A stretch of DNA of 64,000 bases from a virus (IMGVR_UViG_3300028844_007948:32001-96000), one strand, 5' to 3'. Counted from the first letter of the stretch, positions 47,595 to 58,106 are shown. Notes: generated from the letters alone by a model not told the origin. Translations and numbers: made by a program.

Positions 47595-47936
47595 TTAGTC
47601 CCAGTTTCCTCTCGCTGGTAATTGAGAAAAATCTACAGAAAAACAATACTCATCATCGTCATCATCGTGAATTTCATTATCTAATTGCTTTTGCTTGTTT
47701 TTCGTAAGTTTAGCATTCATGCGTTTTCCCATCCAAAAAGCTTCTAATATTAGAGAACGAGCCGCATTGACATTAGTTGCTTCTTCTTGCATACAGCTAT
47801 AAGCTAACCTAAGTACATTACAAATAGTTCTTTTGTTATCAGGGTCTGAACTTATACCATCTAAAGCTTCTTGCAGTTCATTAATGCCAAATGATTTAGG
47901 TGTGTATGCTTTTGATTCAAATTTAATCTCTTTCAT
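47595..47936 (-). CDS. Hypothetical protein
   Basis: 113-aa ORF in an operon. GTGTAC motif on minus strand at 47950-47945. Confidence 0.55.
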   Translation of the reverse strand: MKEIKFESKAYTPKSFGINELQEALDGISSDPDNKRTICNVLRLAYSCMQEEATNVNAARSLILEAFWMGKRMNAKLTKNKQKQLDNEIHDDDDDEYCFSVDFSQLPARGNWD

Positions 47937-47949
47937 ATATTATAGTACA

Positions 47950-49035
47950 CTAAACATCCATTTCTTTTAATATCAAGTCTACAGTATTTTTATACGTAAA
48001 TTTATCTTTTAGTTTTTCTCCTTCTGTATTAATTTTACCCTTGAAGTTTTCTGCCAACTCAAACTTAGAGATTATTTCATCTTCACTTACTGTATTTATA
48101 GAGCCTTGATTAAATGGAGAGTTTTTGGTGAAAAATACTCCGTCTTCAGAGCTTTCTTTGTCTTGTGGGTTTAATAGTATTGAATTTTCAGAAGTCGCCC
48201 AGTCTTTATGAGATGTATGATTCATGACAATACTCCATTTACCTAAACATGAAGCATTAAAAGAAGGTAAGTTCCAACCTTCGGCGCCGCTCAATCCAGA
48301 TAAATCAAAATCTATAGAATTTAAAACTTCATTAACTTCTGAATTAGTACCTAGCCTACCAAGGAAATTTATATTACCATATGTTTTACCTTCAAGAGCT
48401 TGGCCTATGATTTGGTTCATTTCTTCGTTTTTGAAGAACGGATTAAGAACACAGCAAGTGAGTTGGTACTTGTGGTTATTTCCGTATTTTTTAGCCCAGG
48501 CTTTTATTATTTTACCAGTATGTTTTCTTTTTTCCCATTTTCCTATTATACCAAAATGTATTTTATCTTTGATGTATTCTTTATTTGTCTTGCAAAAGTC
48601 TTCGTCAAAACCAAGAGGAATAGATTTTACATTTTCGCAACCTACATTTTCGAAACATTTTCTTGCATGAGAACTGCTAAATATAGCCTTATCATGAATA
48701 TCAACTATATTCTTTTCAGTGAATGTGGGGCTGTCTAATTCATAAAAAGAATAAAGAAAACTTTTTTTTCCAATGGTTGACTCGCTATCATTAAGATGCC
48801 ATATTGAAAGACAGGGAGTATCCTTACTCATGCTTGTCAGTCTATTATTTGCAGAATCTTCAAGCCATGCCTTGAAGTCAGGATCAAGTTTATCAAAAGC
48901 AGAAAAATCAAAGTTATTGGATATTGGAAAAATAGAAGTCTTTATATCCCTTCTATACAATTCTCTAGCTATATTGTAGGATACATTGCCAAATGACAAA
49001 GAATTAAATGCAGCTTTTAAAATTATTTTTTTCAT
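47950..49035 (-). CDS. GT-B glycosyltransferase (GT4-like)
   Basis: IGKWEKRKH and SGAEGWNLP donor-binding motifs. Likely start ATG 49035. Confidence 0.75.
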   Translation of the reverse strand: MKKIILKAAFNSLSFGNVSYNIARELYRRDIKTSIFPISNNFDFSAFDKLDPDFKAWLEDSANNRLTSMSKDTPCLSIWHLNDSESTIGKKSFLYSFYELDSPTFTEKNIVDIHDKAIFSSSHARKCFENVGCENVKSIPLGFDEDFCKTNKEYIKDKIHFGIIGKWEKRKHTGKIIKAWAKKYGNNHKYQLTCCVLNPFFKNEEMNQIIGQALEGKTYGNINFLGRLGTNSEVNEVLNSIDFDLSGLSGAEGWNLPSFNASCLGKWSIVMNHTSHKDWATSENSILLNPQDKESSEDGVFFTKNSPFNQGSINTVSEDEIISKFELAENFKGKINTEGEKLKDKFTYKNTVDLILKEMDV

Positions 49036-49049
49036 CTTATTATTATAAA

Positions 49050-49478
49050 TTACCAAGGCTCTTCTTCAAGTTCTTCTTCTAAAGCTGATTCTTGAGTGTG
49101 TTTTATTTCAGAGTTAATTTTTTTTATATCCCTTAATTTATGTATGCTTTCGATTTCAACATCTTCTTTTGATGAAGATTCTTTGTTGTTTAATATTTTT
49201 ATAAAATCGCAGACACAGAACAATTTACTTTTAGACTCTCCTTTTTTTGTTTTCCAAGAAGAAAACTTCATTTTCCCTTCAACGAAAACTAAAGACCCTT
49301 TCTTGACAAAAGAATTGCAGTTCTCGGCAATTTTATCCCAACATTCAACATCTACCCATGTCGTCTCTTTTCCATAATTAATCCCTATAGAAAATGATGC
49401 TTTGCATTTTCCTGAAGAGTATTCATTAAACTGAGGTTCTGAGGCGGCATACCCCATACATATATATTTGTTTATCAT
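49050..49478 (-). CDS. ssb: Single-stranded DNA-binding protein
   Basis: INK...MG....P; TTWVDVECWDKIAENC..FVKKGSLVFVEGKM...W; acidic C-terminal tail EEPW. Confidence 0.9.
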   Translation of the reverse strand: MINKYICMGYAASEPQFNEYSSGKCKASFSIGINYGKETTWVDVECWDKIAENCNSFVKKGSLVFVEGKMKFSSWKTKKGESKSKLFCVCDFIKILNNKESSSKEDVEIESIHKLRDIKKINSEIKHTQESALEEELEEEPW

Positions 49479-50044
49479 TTTTCTATTCTATTCTGTAATT
49501 TTTTTAAAAATTTATTGTGTATATTTATGCATCCCTGCACACTTAATGAAAGTCTTGAACTAACAACCTTCCAAGCTGTAAGCTTATTATTCTTAGATTC
49601 AAAATACCTAATTTTAAAAATTTCCGCAACCCTTTCGTCACTATCTTTTTCTATTTCTTCATGAATTTTATTGTAACGCTCTTTTTTTAACAGGAAAGGT
49701 ATTGTAGAAATAGAATCATCTTTGATGTTCTCATACTCAAGTTTTGTTTTCTTTTTTTCTGAATTGAAAAAATTAAGACAAAGCCATCTTGCCTTATTAG
49801 CTAGATAGGAAGAAAATTTAGCCTTTTTGAGATGTTCAGGATTGTACTCAAGTGCAGCGAAGTAAATATGATACTTACATTCTTCTATTAATTCTTTCTT
49901 TTTATCTGGAAAAGAATTGCAAGAAAAGTATTTATGTATTATTTTATAATAAATTTTAGAATGCATTTCGTATAGTCGGGAAAGGCTTTGATTCAAATCA
50001 ATGCTTTCTTTTATATTATTAATGTGTTGTTCTTCTTCTTTCAT
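49475..50044 (-). CDS. Sigma-70-family-like factor (regions 2 and 4)
   Basis: AALEYNP....AKFSSYLANKARW (region 2) and IFKIRYF...TAWKVVSSRLSLSVQGCINIHNKFLKKL (region 4 HTH). Confidence 0.75.
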   Translation of the reverse strand: MKEEEQHINNIKESIDLNQSLSRLYEMHSKIYYKIIHKYFSCNSFPDKKKELIEECKYHIYFAALEYNPEHLKKAKFSSYLANKARWLCLNFFNSEKKKTKLEYENIKDDSISTIPFLLKKERYNKIHEEIEKDSDERVAEIFKIRYFESKNNKLTAWKVVSSRLSLSVQGCINIHNKFLKKLQNRIEK

Positions 50045-50047
50045 TAC

Positions 50048-50611
50048 TCAAGGGATTGTTTGTTGTTTTAAAAATTGTTTATGTAAAAAATCAGAGACCA
50101 TTGAAGAAGCTATGCCATTAGTAAACTCTTCTTCACTGAAGTTAGGCCAATTAAAATGATAATCACACTCTTCTTTTACGATTGGGTCATTGGTCAGTTC
50201 CTCTGAATTGATTGGCCCAACTCCTTCCCTCTCTATGTGTATGCAAAAGCCTTTTGATTTTTTTATTTCAGAAATTTCATTTGGGAATCTTACATCTGTA
50301 ATAAAGAAATTTTCCTCTTCTTGATCGTTTATTTTTTTAAATACTTGATCTATCCAATATCTACCATTAGAAATTTGTCTTTTTGCCATTCCATAGGAGA
50401 CTAACATTGGCCTTATTACTTCTTTTTCTTTTAAGTCTTCAGTAAAAGAGCTTATATTAAAGTTTCTCAACAAGAAGTAATCCAACTCTTCCTTCAAGCA
50501 TCCAGCAAAAGCTATACTTTGATTTGGGCGATTATTAAAATTAATGTTTTTACAGAAATTATAAAATGAATCTTTGCCACTACGGGCAACACCAGCTAAA
50601 CCTATTATCAT
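50048..50611 (-). CDS. Deoxynucleoside monophosphate kinase
   Basis: IIGLAGVARSGKDS P-loop, FAGCLK, RPMLVSYG, ITDVRFPNE. Confidence 0.85.
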   Translation of the reverse strand: MIIGLAGVARSGKDSFYNFCKNINFNNRPNQSIAFAGCLKEELDYFLLRNFNISSFTEDLKEKEVIRPMLVSYGMAKRQISNGRYWIDQVFKKINDQEEENFFITDVRFPNEISEIKKSKGFCIHIEREGVGPINSEELTNDPIVKEECDYHFNWPNFSEEEFTNGIASSMVSDFLHKQFLKQQTIP

Positions 50612-51147
50612 TTTCCAGTACTCCCAAATCCGCCATCTCCCCTTTGGCTGTCAGTAAGACTATCTTTTATGAAAATTTTTGGATGTATATGTTTGCTGAA
50701 AACAAGCTGGCCTATCTTATCTCCCTTGGAATATATCATGCTTTCATCAATACCTAAAGCTAAATTCTTACCTTCGTTAACTAAATAATAATTCTCTGGT
50801 TGCGGGATGTATTTGAATCTAAGTTTGATTGTGTCTCTGAATCCAGAATCTATAACTGCGACAGAATTACATAAAGAAAGATTGTATTTAGATATGCTAG
50901 ACCTTGGGAATACATTGCAATACAGCTCGTAATCGCTGAACTCGTCTTTTCCTGGTTCAATAGCTATATTGGTCTCATATTCTAGGAAGTATATTTTTTT
51001 ATAGAGTTTTTTTATGTAAATATCTCCCATTATTCTGGGGTAATCTACCGCAATTAAATCATATCCTGCATCACCTGGGTTTTTTGGAGATATAATTTGA
51101 CCCTCTTTAAGGTTCTTTTTGGAATTAAGGGTTACATTTATTTTCAT
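50608..51147 (-). CDS. dut: dUTPase (trimeric)
   Basis: All five motifs: AGYDL, PRSS, VIDSGFR, GDKIGQLV, RGDGGFGSTG. Confidence 0.95.
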   Translation of the reverse strand: MKINVTLNSKKNLKEGQIISPKNPGDAGYDLIAVDYPRIMGDIYIKKLYKKIYFLEYETNIAIEPGKDEFSDYELYCNVFPRSSISKYNLSLCNSVAVIDSGFRDTIKLRFKYIPQPENYYLVNEGKNLALGIDESMIYSKGDKIGQLVFSKHIHPKIFIKDSLTDSQRGDGGFGSTGK

Positions 51148-51455
51148 TTCTCTTTTTTCATTAATTTAATTATTTTATTATATTTGTTCGATAAGTCATA
51201 CATACCAACATCAGCCAATACATCTGGTGTGTATATAAGATGAACATCATCAACCACATCCATTTTTTCAAAAATGGATGAAATATCAAGGATTGTTATT
51301 GAAGGGGCTAAATTTAAATCTTTTCCAAATTTATCATTAGCTTCTTCAACGGCTAATGCCGCAGCCTCATTAGGGTCCTTAGCCTTAACCATGCACTCCC
51401 AATTAGCACAAGTCACATAGTAGCTCTTCTTTTTAGTGTCTACATCAAAAATCAT
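51144..51455 (-). CDS. Hypothetical protein
   Basis: 103-aa ORF overlapping the dut start (ATGA coupling). Confidence 0.6.
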   Translation of the reverse strand: MIFDVDTKKKSYYVTCANWECMVKAKDPNEAAALAVEEANDKFGKDLNLAPSITILDISSIFEKMDVVDDVHLIYTPDVLADVGMYDLSNKYNKIIKLMKKEK

Positions 51456-51574
51456 ATTCGTATCAAGAATACCCTTTTTTCTAAAAAAAACAACCTTTTT
51501 TTATTTTATATTAAAGAAATATATTGAATAATATATAAATTCTATAATAATATAATAATTAATATATTATATAT
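51456..51574. promoter_or_regulatory. Extremely AT-rich divergent intergenic region
   Basis: Separates the minus-strand nucleotide-metabolism operon from the plus-strand glycan operon. Several TATAAT hexamers. Confidence 0.45.
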
Positions 51575-52468
51575 ATGGAGGAAGGTAAGGTATGCTTTAT
51601 AGACGATTCTGTTTCTGGTGTAGGAGGTACAACATTGACCCTAGATGCTATAGTTGAGCCGAAAAAAGAATTCGTTCAATTTATAAGCACCGATCAATTT
51701 AGTCTCAAAGATGTTTTTTCTGGGTTTGAGGTCTTTATTTTAGGAAACCTAACTAGGTTTACCAAGAACTCTCTTGATGCATTAATTTTATTAATGGAAT
51801 CAAAACGGTTCTGCAAAATTGAATTTGATTACGGGTATTGCGAATTCAGAGGTTCTATTCCTCATAAATTAATAAAAGGCGAAGATTGTCAATGCCCATT
51901 TGGGAGCACTGGGAATAAAATATTATCTATGATTTACTCTTTGATAAAAGAAAATTGCCTCCACACTTTCTACATGTCAGAATCTCAGCTCAACATCCAT
52001 TCAGAAAAATTAGAATGGATCGACTCAGATAAGAAGTCAGTGCTTTCATCTTGCTTTACTGAAGACAATATGTTAAAGTTCCAATCATTGAAACCTAAAC
52101 CTAAAAACAATAAGTATGCAATCATAGATGGTCAAGGAGGATGGCACACACAAGCAAAAGGAATCAAGCAAAGCATAGATCACGCTAATAAAAAAGAACT
52201 GGACTTTGATTTAATAAAAACTGAAACTCACAATGAAATGCTTAACTTGCTATCGGAATACAAGGGGTTAATATCACTCCCCATAATAGAGGACACTTGT
52301 CCCAGGATAACCATAGAAGCTAGATATATGGGTTTAGATGTTATTACAAATGAAAACTCGCAACACATTACTGAAGATTGGTGGAAGTCTGACGACGAAA
52401 CAGCCTTTAACTTCACTAAAAACAGGCCAAAATATTTTTGGGAGACAATAAAATGTTTAAAATCTTAA
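51575..52468 (+). CDS. Divergent GT-B glycosyltransferase
   Basis: GVGGTTLT N-loop and KG...LPIIEDTCPRITIEARYMGLDVITN GT4-like signature. Confidence 0.6.
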   Translation: MEEGKVCFIDDSVSGVGGTTLTLDAIVEPKKEFVQFISTDQFSLKDVFSGFEVFILGNLTRFTKNSLDALILLMESKRFCKIEFDYGYCEFRGSIPHKLIKGEDCQCPFGSTGNKILSMIYSLIKENCLHTFYMSESQLNIHSEKLEWIDSDKKSVLSSCFTEDNMLKFQSLKPKPKNNKYAIIDGQGGWHTQAKGIKQSIDHANKKELDFDLIKTETHNEMLNLLSEYKGLISLPIIEDTCPRITIEARYMGLDVITNENSQHITEDWWKSDDETAFNFTKNRPKYFWETIKCLKS

Positions 52469-53184
52469 TACCTTGCCATGGCGACAAAACACAAAATTTA
52501 GATTCTTTAGTAAAAAGCATCGATTTTCAGAATTATGATTGCAAGGTTGAATGTTATTTTTTAGAAGATCAAATAGCTCCTAATTTCAGAGAATCGTTGA
52601 TTGATTTATGCAGTAACTCATCTGATAAATTTTTAATAAAAAATGAATCAAAGGAAAGACTTTATGGTATTTATAACATCTATAGATTTTTAACTCCACT
52701 AGATTCAGAGAAAGAAAAGGATACTATTTTCGGCATAATAGATTGCGATGACCAGCTTTGGGGGAAAGATTGTTTTACTAACATTAAGTCTGAATATGAT
52801 TCTGGCCATAGCTGTGTTTGGACAGCTAATGAACTTAAAGGTATAGGTATTAATTTTTCAGGGCCTTTAGTTCAAAATTGTGATGTATATTCTCACCCTT
52901 GGGTTTCCAGCCATTTTAAAACTTTTAAACTTTCAGATTTTAAATCAGTTCCTTTTCAAAATTTTCAAGATGAAAACAAAGATTGGTTTGAAGCATGTTA
53001 TGATCAAGTTTTAATGCTCCCAATCCTTCATAATATTTTTAAAAGAGGTGGTTCTGTTAAATATATAAACAAAGTTCATTATATTTACAATGGCACAATT
53101 AATCCAGACCCAGAAACTCGTTATAGAAAATCTCAACTTGAAACAGAAAATTTCATAAGATCAAGGGGGTATGTAAATGAATGA
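52453..53184 (+). CDS. GT-A glycosyltransferase (GT2-like)
   Basis: ILIPCH...SIDFQNY, IIDCDD, SHFKTF motifs. Likely start ATG 52453. Confidence 0.7.
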   Translation: MFKILIPCHGDKTQNLDSLVKSIDFQNYDCKVECYFLEDQIAPNFRESLIDLCSNSSDKFLIKNESKERLYGIYNIYRFLTPLDSEKEKDTIFGIIDCDDQLWGKDCFTNIKSEYDSGHSCVWTANELKGIGINFSGPLVQNCDVYSHPWVSSHFKTFKLSDFKSVPFQNFQDENKDWFEACYDQVLMLPILHNIFKRGGSVKYINKVHYIYNGTINPDPETRYRKSQLETENFIRSRGYVNE

Positions 53185-54085
53185 TTTCTTTATAAATAAT
53201 TTCTCCAATATTGACGGTCCTTCGATATTCTCGAAAAGACTAAAAGAGGAACTCGAAAAACAAAATTATAAATTCTCTTCGACCTCTAAAAATAGAATTG
53301 CCGTGACTACAGGTTCTTACGAAAATGATAGCTTTAATATGTTAAGGCTTGACGGGCTTTATTTAGATTCTGGAAATACACTGGGCGACAGTAACATGCT
53401 AAACAAACCTATATTTGAATGTTACGAGAGGTTTGATCATATTATTTTTCAATCTGAATATGCTAAAAAAAGTTACGAAACATTTACAGGAACAAAAAAA
53501 TCTAACACTGTTATATATAATGGAGTCTCTTCAGATTTTTTTAAAAAAGTAGACCCAATAAGCAAGCCAGATGGTTTTGAAAAAGTCGTCATTGCTTCTT
53601 CAAAATGGCGTAGGCATAAAAGATTAGAGGAGTGCATAGAAGCATTTAAAAACAAAAAATTAAAAGATGTAGCTTTGGTTGTATTGGGTGGTTATGAAAA
53701 TGTAGACATGCCAAATGTTTTTACTTTACCAATGATACGCCCAACAGAACTGCCTAAGTATTATCAAATGGCAGATGCAATGATTCATTTATCATGGTTA
53801 GATTGGTGTCCTAATACAGTCGTTGAAGGGTTAGCTTCAGGATTACCTGTTATTTGTAGTCATAATGGGGGAACTAGCGAATTAGTTAAGGGCGATGGTA
53901 TTGTTATACAAATAGAAGATACTTATGAGCATGGAGCAATGGTTGACTTATATAACCCTCCTAAAGTATGCACAGAAACTATAGTTAGTGCTATTCTAAA
54001 ATCTTTAGAGATAGGAGAGATTGAGCCAAGACTAGATCTAAATATAAGGAATACGGCGCAAAACTATTCAGCTCTCTTTAAATAA
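53177..54085 (+). CDS. GT4 glycosyltransferase
   Basis: VIYNGV, HKRL, DWCPNTVVEGLASGLPVI..GGTSELV. Confidence 0.85.
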   Translation: MNDFFINNFSNIDGPSIFSKRLKEELEKQNYKFSSTSKNRIAVTTGSYENDSFNMLRLDGLYLDSGNTLGDSNMLNKPIFECYERFDHIIFQSEYAKKSYETFTGTKKSNTVIYNGVSSDFFKKVDPISKPDGFEKVVIASSKWRRHKRLEECIEAFKNKKLKDVALVVLGGYENVDMPNVFTLPMIRPTELPKYYQMADAMIHLSWLDWCPNTVVEGLASGLPVICSHNGGTSELVKGDGIVIQIEDTYEHGAMVDLYNPPKVCTETIVSAILKSLEIGEIEPRLDLNIRNTAQNYSALFK

Positions 54086-54888
54086 TGGGTATGGGTGGAC
54101 ATTTAATGTGGACTGCGGTAGCAAGAAACATAAGAAAACACAAGGGTCAAACATGCTTAGCATTAGAAAATTATAACTTTTGTATGAGTGACATACTTAA
54201 AAACAATCCTAATTTTTCTTTTAATGGAGATTTTCATTTAGACTTTTCTTTACCCGAAACTAATTACATAAAAAAAGACGGAGAAAGAATTGAGTTCTCA
54301 TGTCCAGGCAAACATGCCATTGAGTATGCTTTAGATTTTTATGGGATAAAAAATGACATAGATTTAAAATGCGAAATATATTTAACGGAAGAAGAAAAGT
54401 TCAATTCAAATTTAATTAAAAACTTATTACCTAAAAAATATGCATGCATTGAGCCGCATTCTAAAACAAGCTGGATGCAATCAAGAATGTATTCTTTTCA
54501 AAAATATCAAAATGTAGTAAATTCTTTAAAAGATAAAATTAATTTTGTGCAGATTGGATCTCCAGAATCAAAAAAATTAGACAACGTTATCTATACTAAT
54601 GGAGATCTTACTTTCAGAGAAACTCATAAAATTTTAGAAGGAGCGTCATTTTTACTATCAACAGAAGGCGGTTTAGTTCATTTAGCGAACAGTGCCAATG
54701 CAAAATCTTTTGTCATTTACACTAGCTATCAATTTCCCGAAATGACAATGTACCCAGAAAATCGCTGTATAGATATATCTTTGTATAGGGATGAAATATT
54801 AGGCTATAAGAGCCACAGGCTTTATTTAGATGAGGTAGAAAAACACGACGAGTCAATTATAATAGATTTAATTAAAGAAGAAATATGA
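54085..54888 (+). CDS. GT9 (heptosyltransferase-like) glycosyltransferase
   Basis: MGMGGHLMWT N-motif, FVQIG, STEGGLVHLANSANAKSFVIY. Confidence 0.7.
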   Translation: MGMGGHLMWTAVARNIRKHKGQTCLALENYNFCMSDILKNNPNFSFNGDFHLDFSLPETNYIKKDGERIEFSCPGKHAIEYALDFYGIKNDIDLKCEIYLTEEEKFNSNLIKNLLPKKYACIEPHSKTSWMQSRMYSFQKYQNVVNSLKDKINFVQIGSPESKKLDNVIYTNGDLTFRETHKILEGASFLLSTEGGLVHLANSANAKSFVIYTSYQFPEMTMYPENRCIDISLYRDEILGYKSHRLYLDEVEKHDESIIIDLIKEEI

Positions 54889-55814
54889 AAAATGTAGAAG
54901 TAACAATAGGCATAACATCATTCAATAGATTTTATTATTTATCTTCTTTATTAGATAGTCTTGCTGTTTGTATGCCTAAAGATATTTTATGCAAAATTAT
55001 TGTTGCTGATAATTCCTCTATAGAGTCTGATTTAGTAAAGCTTAAACAAGACTACTCTGATTATCAAAAAAAAATTCACCCACACAAAATAGAATTTGTA
55101 ACCTGTTCACCTAATCATTGGTTAGAAGCTGAATATGTTGCAAGAAATGCTATCTTAGATAATGCAGAGGGTAAATATTTATTATTTCTCCAAGATGATA
55201 TTCAGTGTGTTGTTAAAGGCTTTTTTATTAATGATTTAAAAACCATAATAGATAATTATGATTGCAGTCAAATACTACTTGATGGAGTTAGAAGGCAAAC
55301 GGTTTTAAGAAAACTAGTTCGGCCAATTAGACATTTTGGAGAAAGTGTTGATATATGGCAAACTGGACATAAACACTTTCCCACCATGGGTTTTGCTTCT
55401 TTAGATCTATATAAAGAAGTTGGACATTTCATGATTAATGCTTCTGCGGGATGGGGTCAAGGGGAAAACGATTATAGTAATAGGGTGAATTCAAAATTCC
55501 CAGAAAAATCAATCTTCTTCCTGCAGGTTCCACCTTTTGTTGGTATATGGAATGACCCCAGGGGACACTATTCCTTCATAAGAGATGGTAAAAGAAAAGG
55601 TCATTATATAAAAGCTGCTTCATCTGATAATTTTTATTATGAAATATTATCAGAGCCAAAAATAAAAGAGTTAAACTCAATGCAGATCCCATGTTCATTT
55701 AGAGAAATAGCTCACCCAATTGGTTGGGATTATGCAAAAGAGTCAGACGGAGAACAAACAAAATATCCTCAGCAAAGTATCATAGAAGAAGGACCAAGTG
55801 AAGATATACTTTGA
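54885..55814 (+). CDS. GT2 glycosyltransferase
   Basis: IGITSFNR, IIVADNSS, ARN, YLLFLQDD, GENDY. Confidence 0.75.
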   Translation: MKNVEVTIGITSFNRFYYLSSLLDSLAVCMPKDILCKIIVADNSSIESDLVKLKQDYSDYQKKIHPHKIEFVTCSPNHWLEAEYVARNAILDNAEGKYLLFLQDDIQCVVKGFFINDLKTIIDNYDCSQILLDGVRRQTVLRKLVRPIRHFGESVDIWQTGHKHFPTMGFASLDLYKEVGHFMINASAGWGQGENDYSNRVNSKFPEKSIFFLQVPPFVGIWNDPRGHYSFIRDGKRKGHYIKAASSDNFYYEILSEPKIKELNSMQIPCSFREIAHPIGWDYAKESDGEQTKYPQQSIIEEGPSEDIL

Positions 55815-56709
55815 ATATAAATTCGAGAATGGCCCCTGGGGAGGAGGTAATCAATTCTTAAAAGCTTTATACAACGAGCTCAATAATGATTCTCTCATCA
55901 CGGAATCTCCTGAGGATGCGGATGTTATTATTTTTAATGCCCACCAAAATATTCAAGAAGTTTTTCTTTTAAAACAAAGGTTTCCTAAAAAACTTTTTGT
56001 TCATAGAATGGATGGGTTATATAAATTATACAACAACGAGAACGACGAAAGGCAAGATTTAAGTATAGCAATCAATGAAAGTGTTGCAGACCTCACCGTC
56101 TTTCAAACCCAATGGGCTTTAAACGAATATATTAAAGAGGGGTTTAACCTCAATAGATCGCACTCGGTTATAGTTAATGCTCCTAATTCTGATATATTTA
56201 AACGTCCTGCGTCTAAATTTTATTACAAAAAAACAAGACTTGTTTGCACCTCTTGGTCTATAAATAAAAACAAAGGGTTTGATTATTATAAATATTTAGA
56301 TGATAATTTAGATTTTTCAAAATACATTTTTACATATATAGGAAACGATCCAGGTATAGAATTTAAAAACATAAGAAAAGTTGGACCTTTTGATTCTCAT
56401 AGACTATCGAAAGAATTAGTAAACCATGATATTTTCATTACAGCGAGCAAGCACGAATGTTGTTCTAACTCTTTATTAGAAGCAATGTCATGCGGTCTCC
56501 CAGCTATTGGATTAAATAGCGGCGGAACTCCAGAATTAATTAATAAAGGAGGGGAGCTTTTTGATAATCAAGAAGATTTAAAAGATAAAATAGATTTGGT
56601 ATCTAAAAACCTAGGCTCTTATTCTGATTCGGTAAAAGTAAAAACTATAAAAGAAATAAAAAACGAATACTTAAATTCTATAAATAATAATAAAGATGAT
56701 AGATTTTAA
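55798..56709 (+). CDS. GT4 glycosyltransferase (paralog of 53177..54085)
   Basis: HRMDGLY, NKG, ECCSNSLLEAMSCGLP..SGGTPELI. Confidence 0.85.
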   Translation: MKIYFEYKFENGPWGGGNQFLKALYNELNNDSLITESPEDADVIIFNAHQNIQEVFLLKQRFPKKLFVHRMDGLYKLYNNENDERQDLSIAINESVADLTVFQTQWALNEYIKEGFNLNRSHSVIVNAPNSDIFKRPASKFYYKKTRLVCTSWSINKNKGFDYYKYLDDNLDFSKYIFTYIGNDPGIEFKNIRKVGPFDSHRLSKELVNHDIFITASKHECCSNSLLEAMSCGLPAIGLNSGGTPELINKGGELFDNQEDLKDKIDLVSKNLGSYSDSVKVKTIKEIKNEYLNSINNNKDDRF

Positions 56710-57358
56710 TTTTAAATTTAACGATTCTGAGTCTGAGTTTTATTGGAATTCAATATCGAAGGGGCAATGGGAGCCAGAGACTTTCAAAATTTTAGATCAA
56801 TATAAAGACTCTAATTTAGTATATATAGATATAGGGTCCTGGATAGGCCCCACAGTTCTTTATGCATCTCAAAAATATAAAAAAGTAATATCCCTTGAGG
56901 TTGATCCCGATCCAGTTAAAAAGTTAAAAAATAATATATCAATTAATGATATTTCAAATATTGATTTTGTTGAAAAAGCTCTCTATGATAAAACAGGTCA
57001 GGTTAACTTTTTTTCTAGATCAAGTTCCATGTCTACATTTTCAACAAAGAACCCTAAAGGGCAAAAAGAAACTGTTATAAATGTTGATACTATAACATTT
57101 GAAGATTTGTTAGATGAATGTAAAATACAGGCTAAAGATATAGCTTTAATAAAAATGGATATAGAGGGTGGAGAAATTAAAGCGATTCCTTCAATGGAAA
57201 AATTTTTAACCAAAAACCCTATACCTCTTTATATCAGCCTTCATCCTATGTTTTTAGATTATGAAGAAATTGATTATTTGCAAAATATACTCCGCTCAAT
57301 TTATAATAATATCGAAGTTGTAAGAGGTAAACATCCAGAATTTATTTGCCATAGCTAA
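56696..57358 (+). CDS. FkbM-family SAM methyltransferase
   Basis: WEPET, YIDIGSWIG, LIKMDIEGGE. Confidence 0.9.
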   Translation: MIDFNFKFNDSESEFYWNSISKGQWEPETFKILDQYKDSNLVYIDIGSWIGPTVLYASQKYKKVISLEVDPDPVKKLKNNISINDISNIDFVEKALYDKTGQVNFFSRSSSMSTFSTKNPKGQKETVINVDTITFEDLLDECKIQAKDIALIKMDIEGGEIKAIPSMEKFLTKNPIPLYISLHPMFLDYEEIDYLQNILRSIYNNIEVVRGKHPEFICHS

Positions 57359-57359
57359 T

Positions 57360-58106
57360 ATGAATAAACTCTGTATAATTTGCCCAGCTATTCTTGATAT
57401 AGAATGTTATCAAAAACATTTCGATACTCTTGATAATATTTTCTTCAATAGAAATACTTTTTTTGAATATATTATTCATTTGGACGACCACCTCAGAGAA
57501 TCTTCTTCTATTTGTACAAAAGATGATTATATTAACCTCGTAAAGAAGATAAACGAAAAATACACTAATGTTAATGCTAGCATTTTTATATCAAATCCAA
57601 GGTTAGGTCTTCCCAGAAGTATGCAATTTCTTTTTAAAAAGTTTCTTGATACTGACAGTCAATACTGTGTAGTCATAGAGGACGATTCTGAAATAATTAA
57701 CAAAATTTATACAGACAGTTTTCTAAAACTACTAAGCTCTAAAGAATATATTTATAGACTATCCTTTGGTGCTGGTCATAGGTCGAGCGAAAATCCATTT
57801 TTAGTCAATCAATATTTTTCTACTGAAGGTCACAATATTTTTGAAAACAAAAAAAATTTTTGCTCTCAAAATGGAACCTTCTTCTCTAGGTCATTGGTCT
57901 CATCTATCTTAAACAACTATAGAGATGACATAGAACCTGAAAATTTCATATCAAGTTGCGAAAGTTTTAAAGACAAAAAAATTAGGACTATATTTTCAGA
58001 CCTGAATGCGGATTTTAATAAGTCCTCTAAATGGAGGTTACCTAAAGAATGTCATATCCTATATGATTCTATTAGATTCCTTAGGAGAGTGGGTTGGAGT
58101 GAATAA
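57360..58106 (+). CDS. GT-A glycosyltransferase-like protein
   Basis: IIHLDD and YCVVIEDD DxD-type motif, cluster context. Confidence 0.5.
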   Translation: MNKLCIICPAILDIECYQKHFDTLDNIFFNRNTFFEYIIHLDDHLRESSSICTKDDYINLVKKINEKYTNVNASIFISNPRLGLPRSMQFLFKKFLDTDSQYCVVIEDDSEIINKIYTDSFLKLLSSKEYIYRLSFGAGHRSSENPFLVNQYFSTEGHNIFENKKNFCSQNGTFFSRSLVSSILNNYRDDIEPENFISSCESFKDKKIRTIFSDLNADFNKSSKWRLPKECHILYDSIRFLRRVGWSE

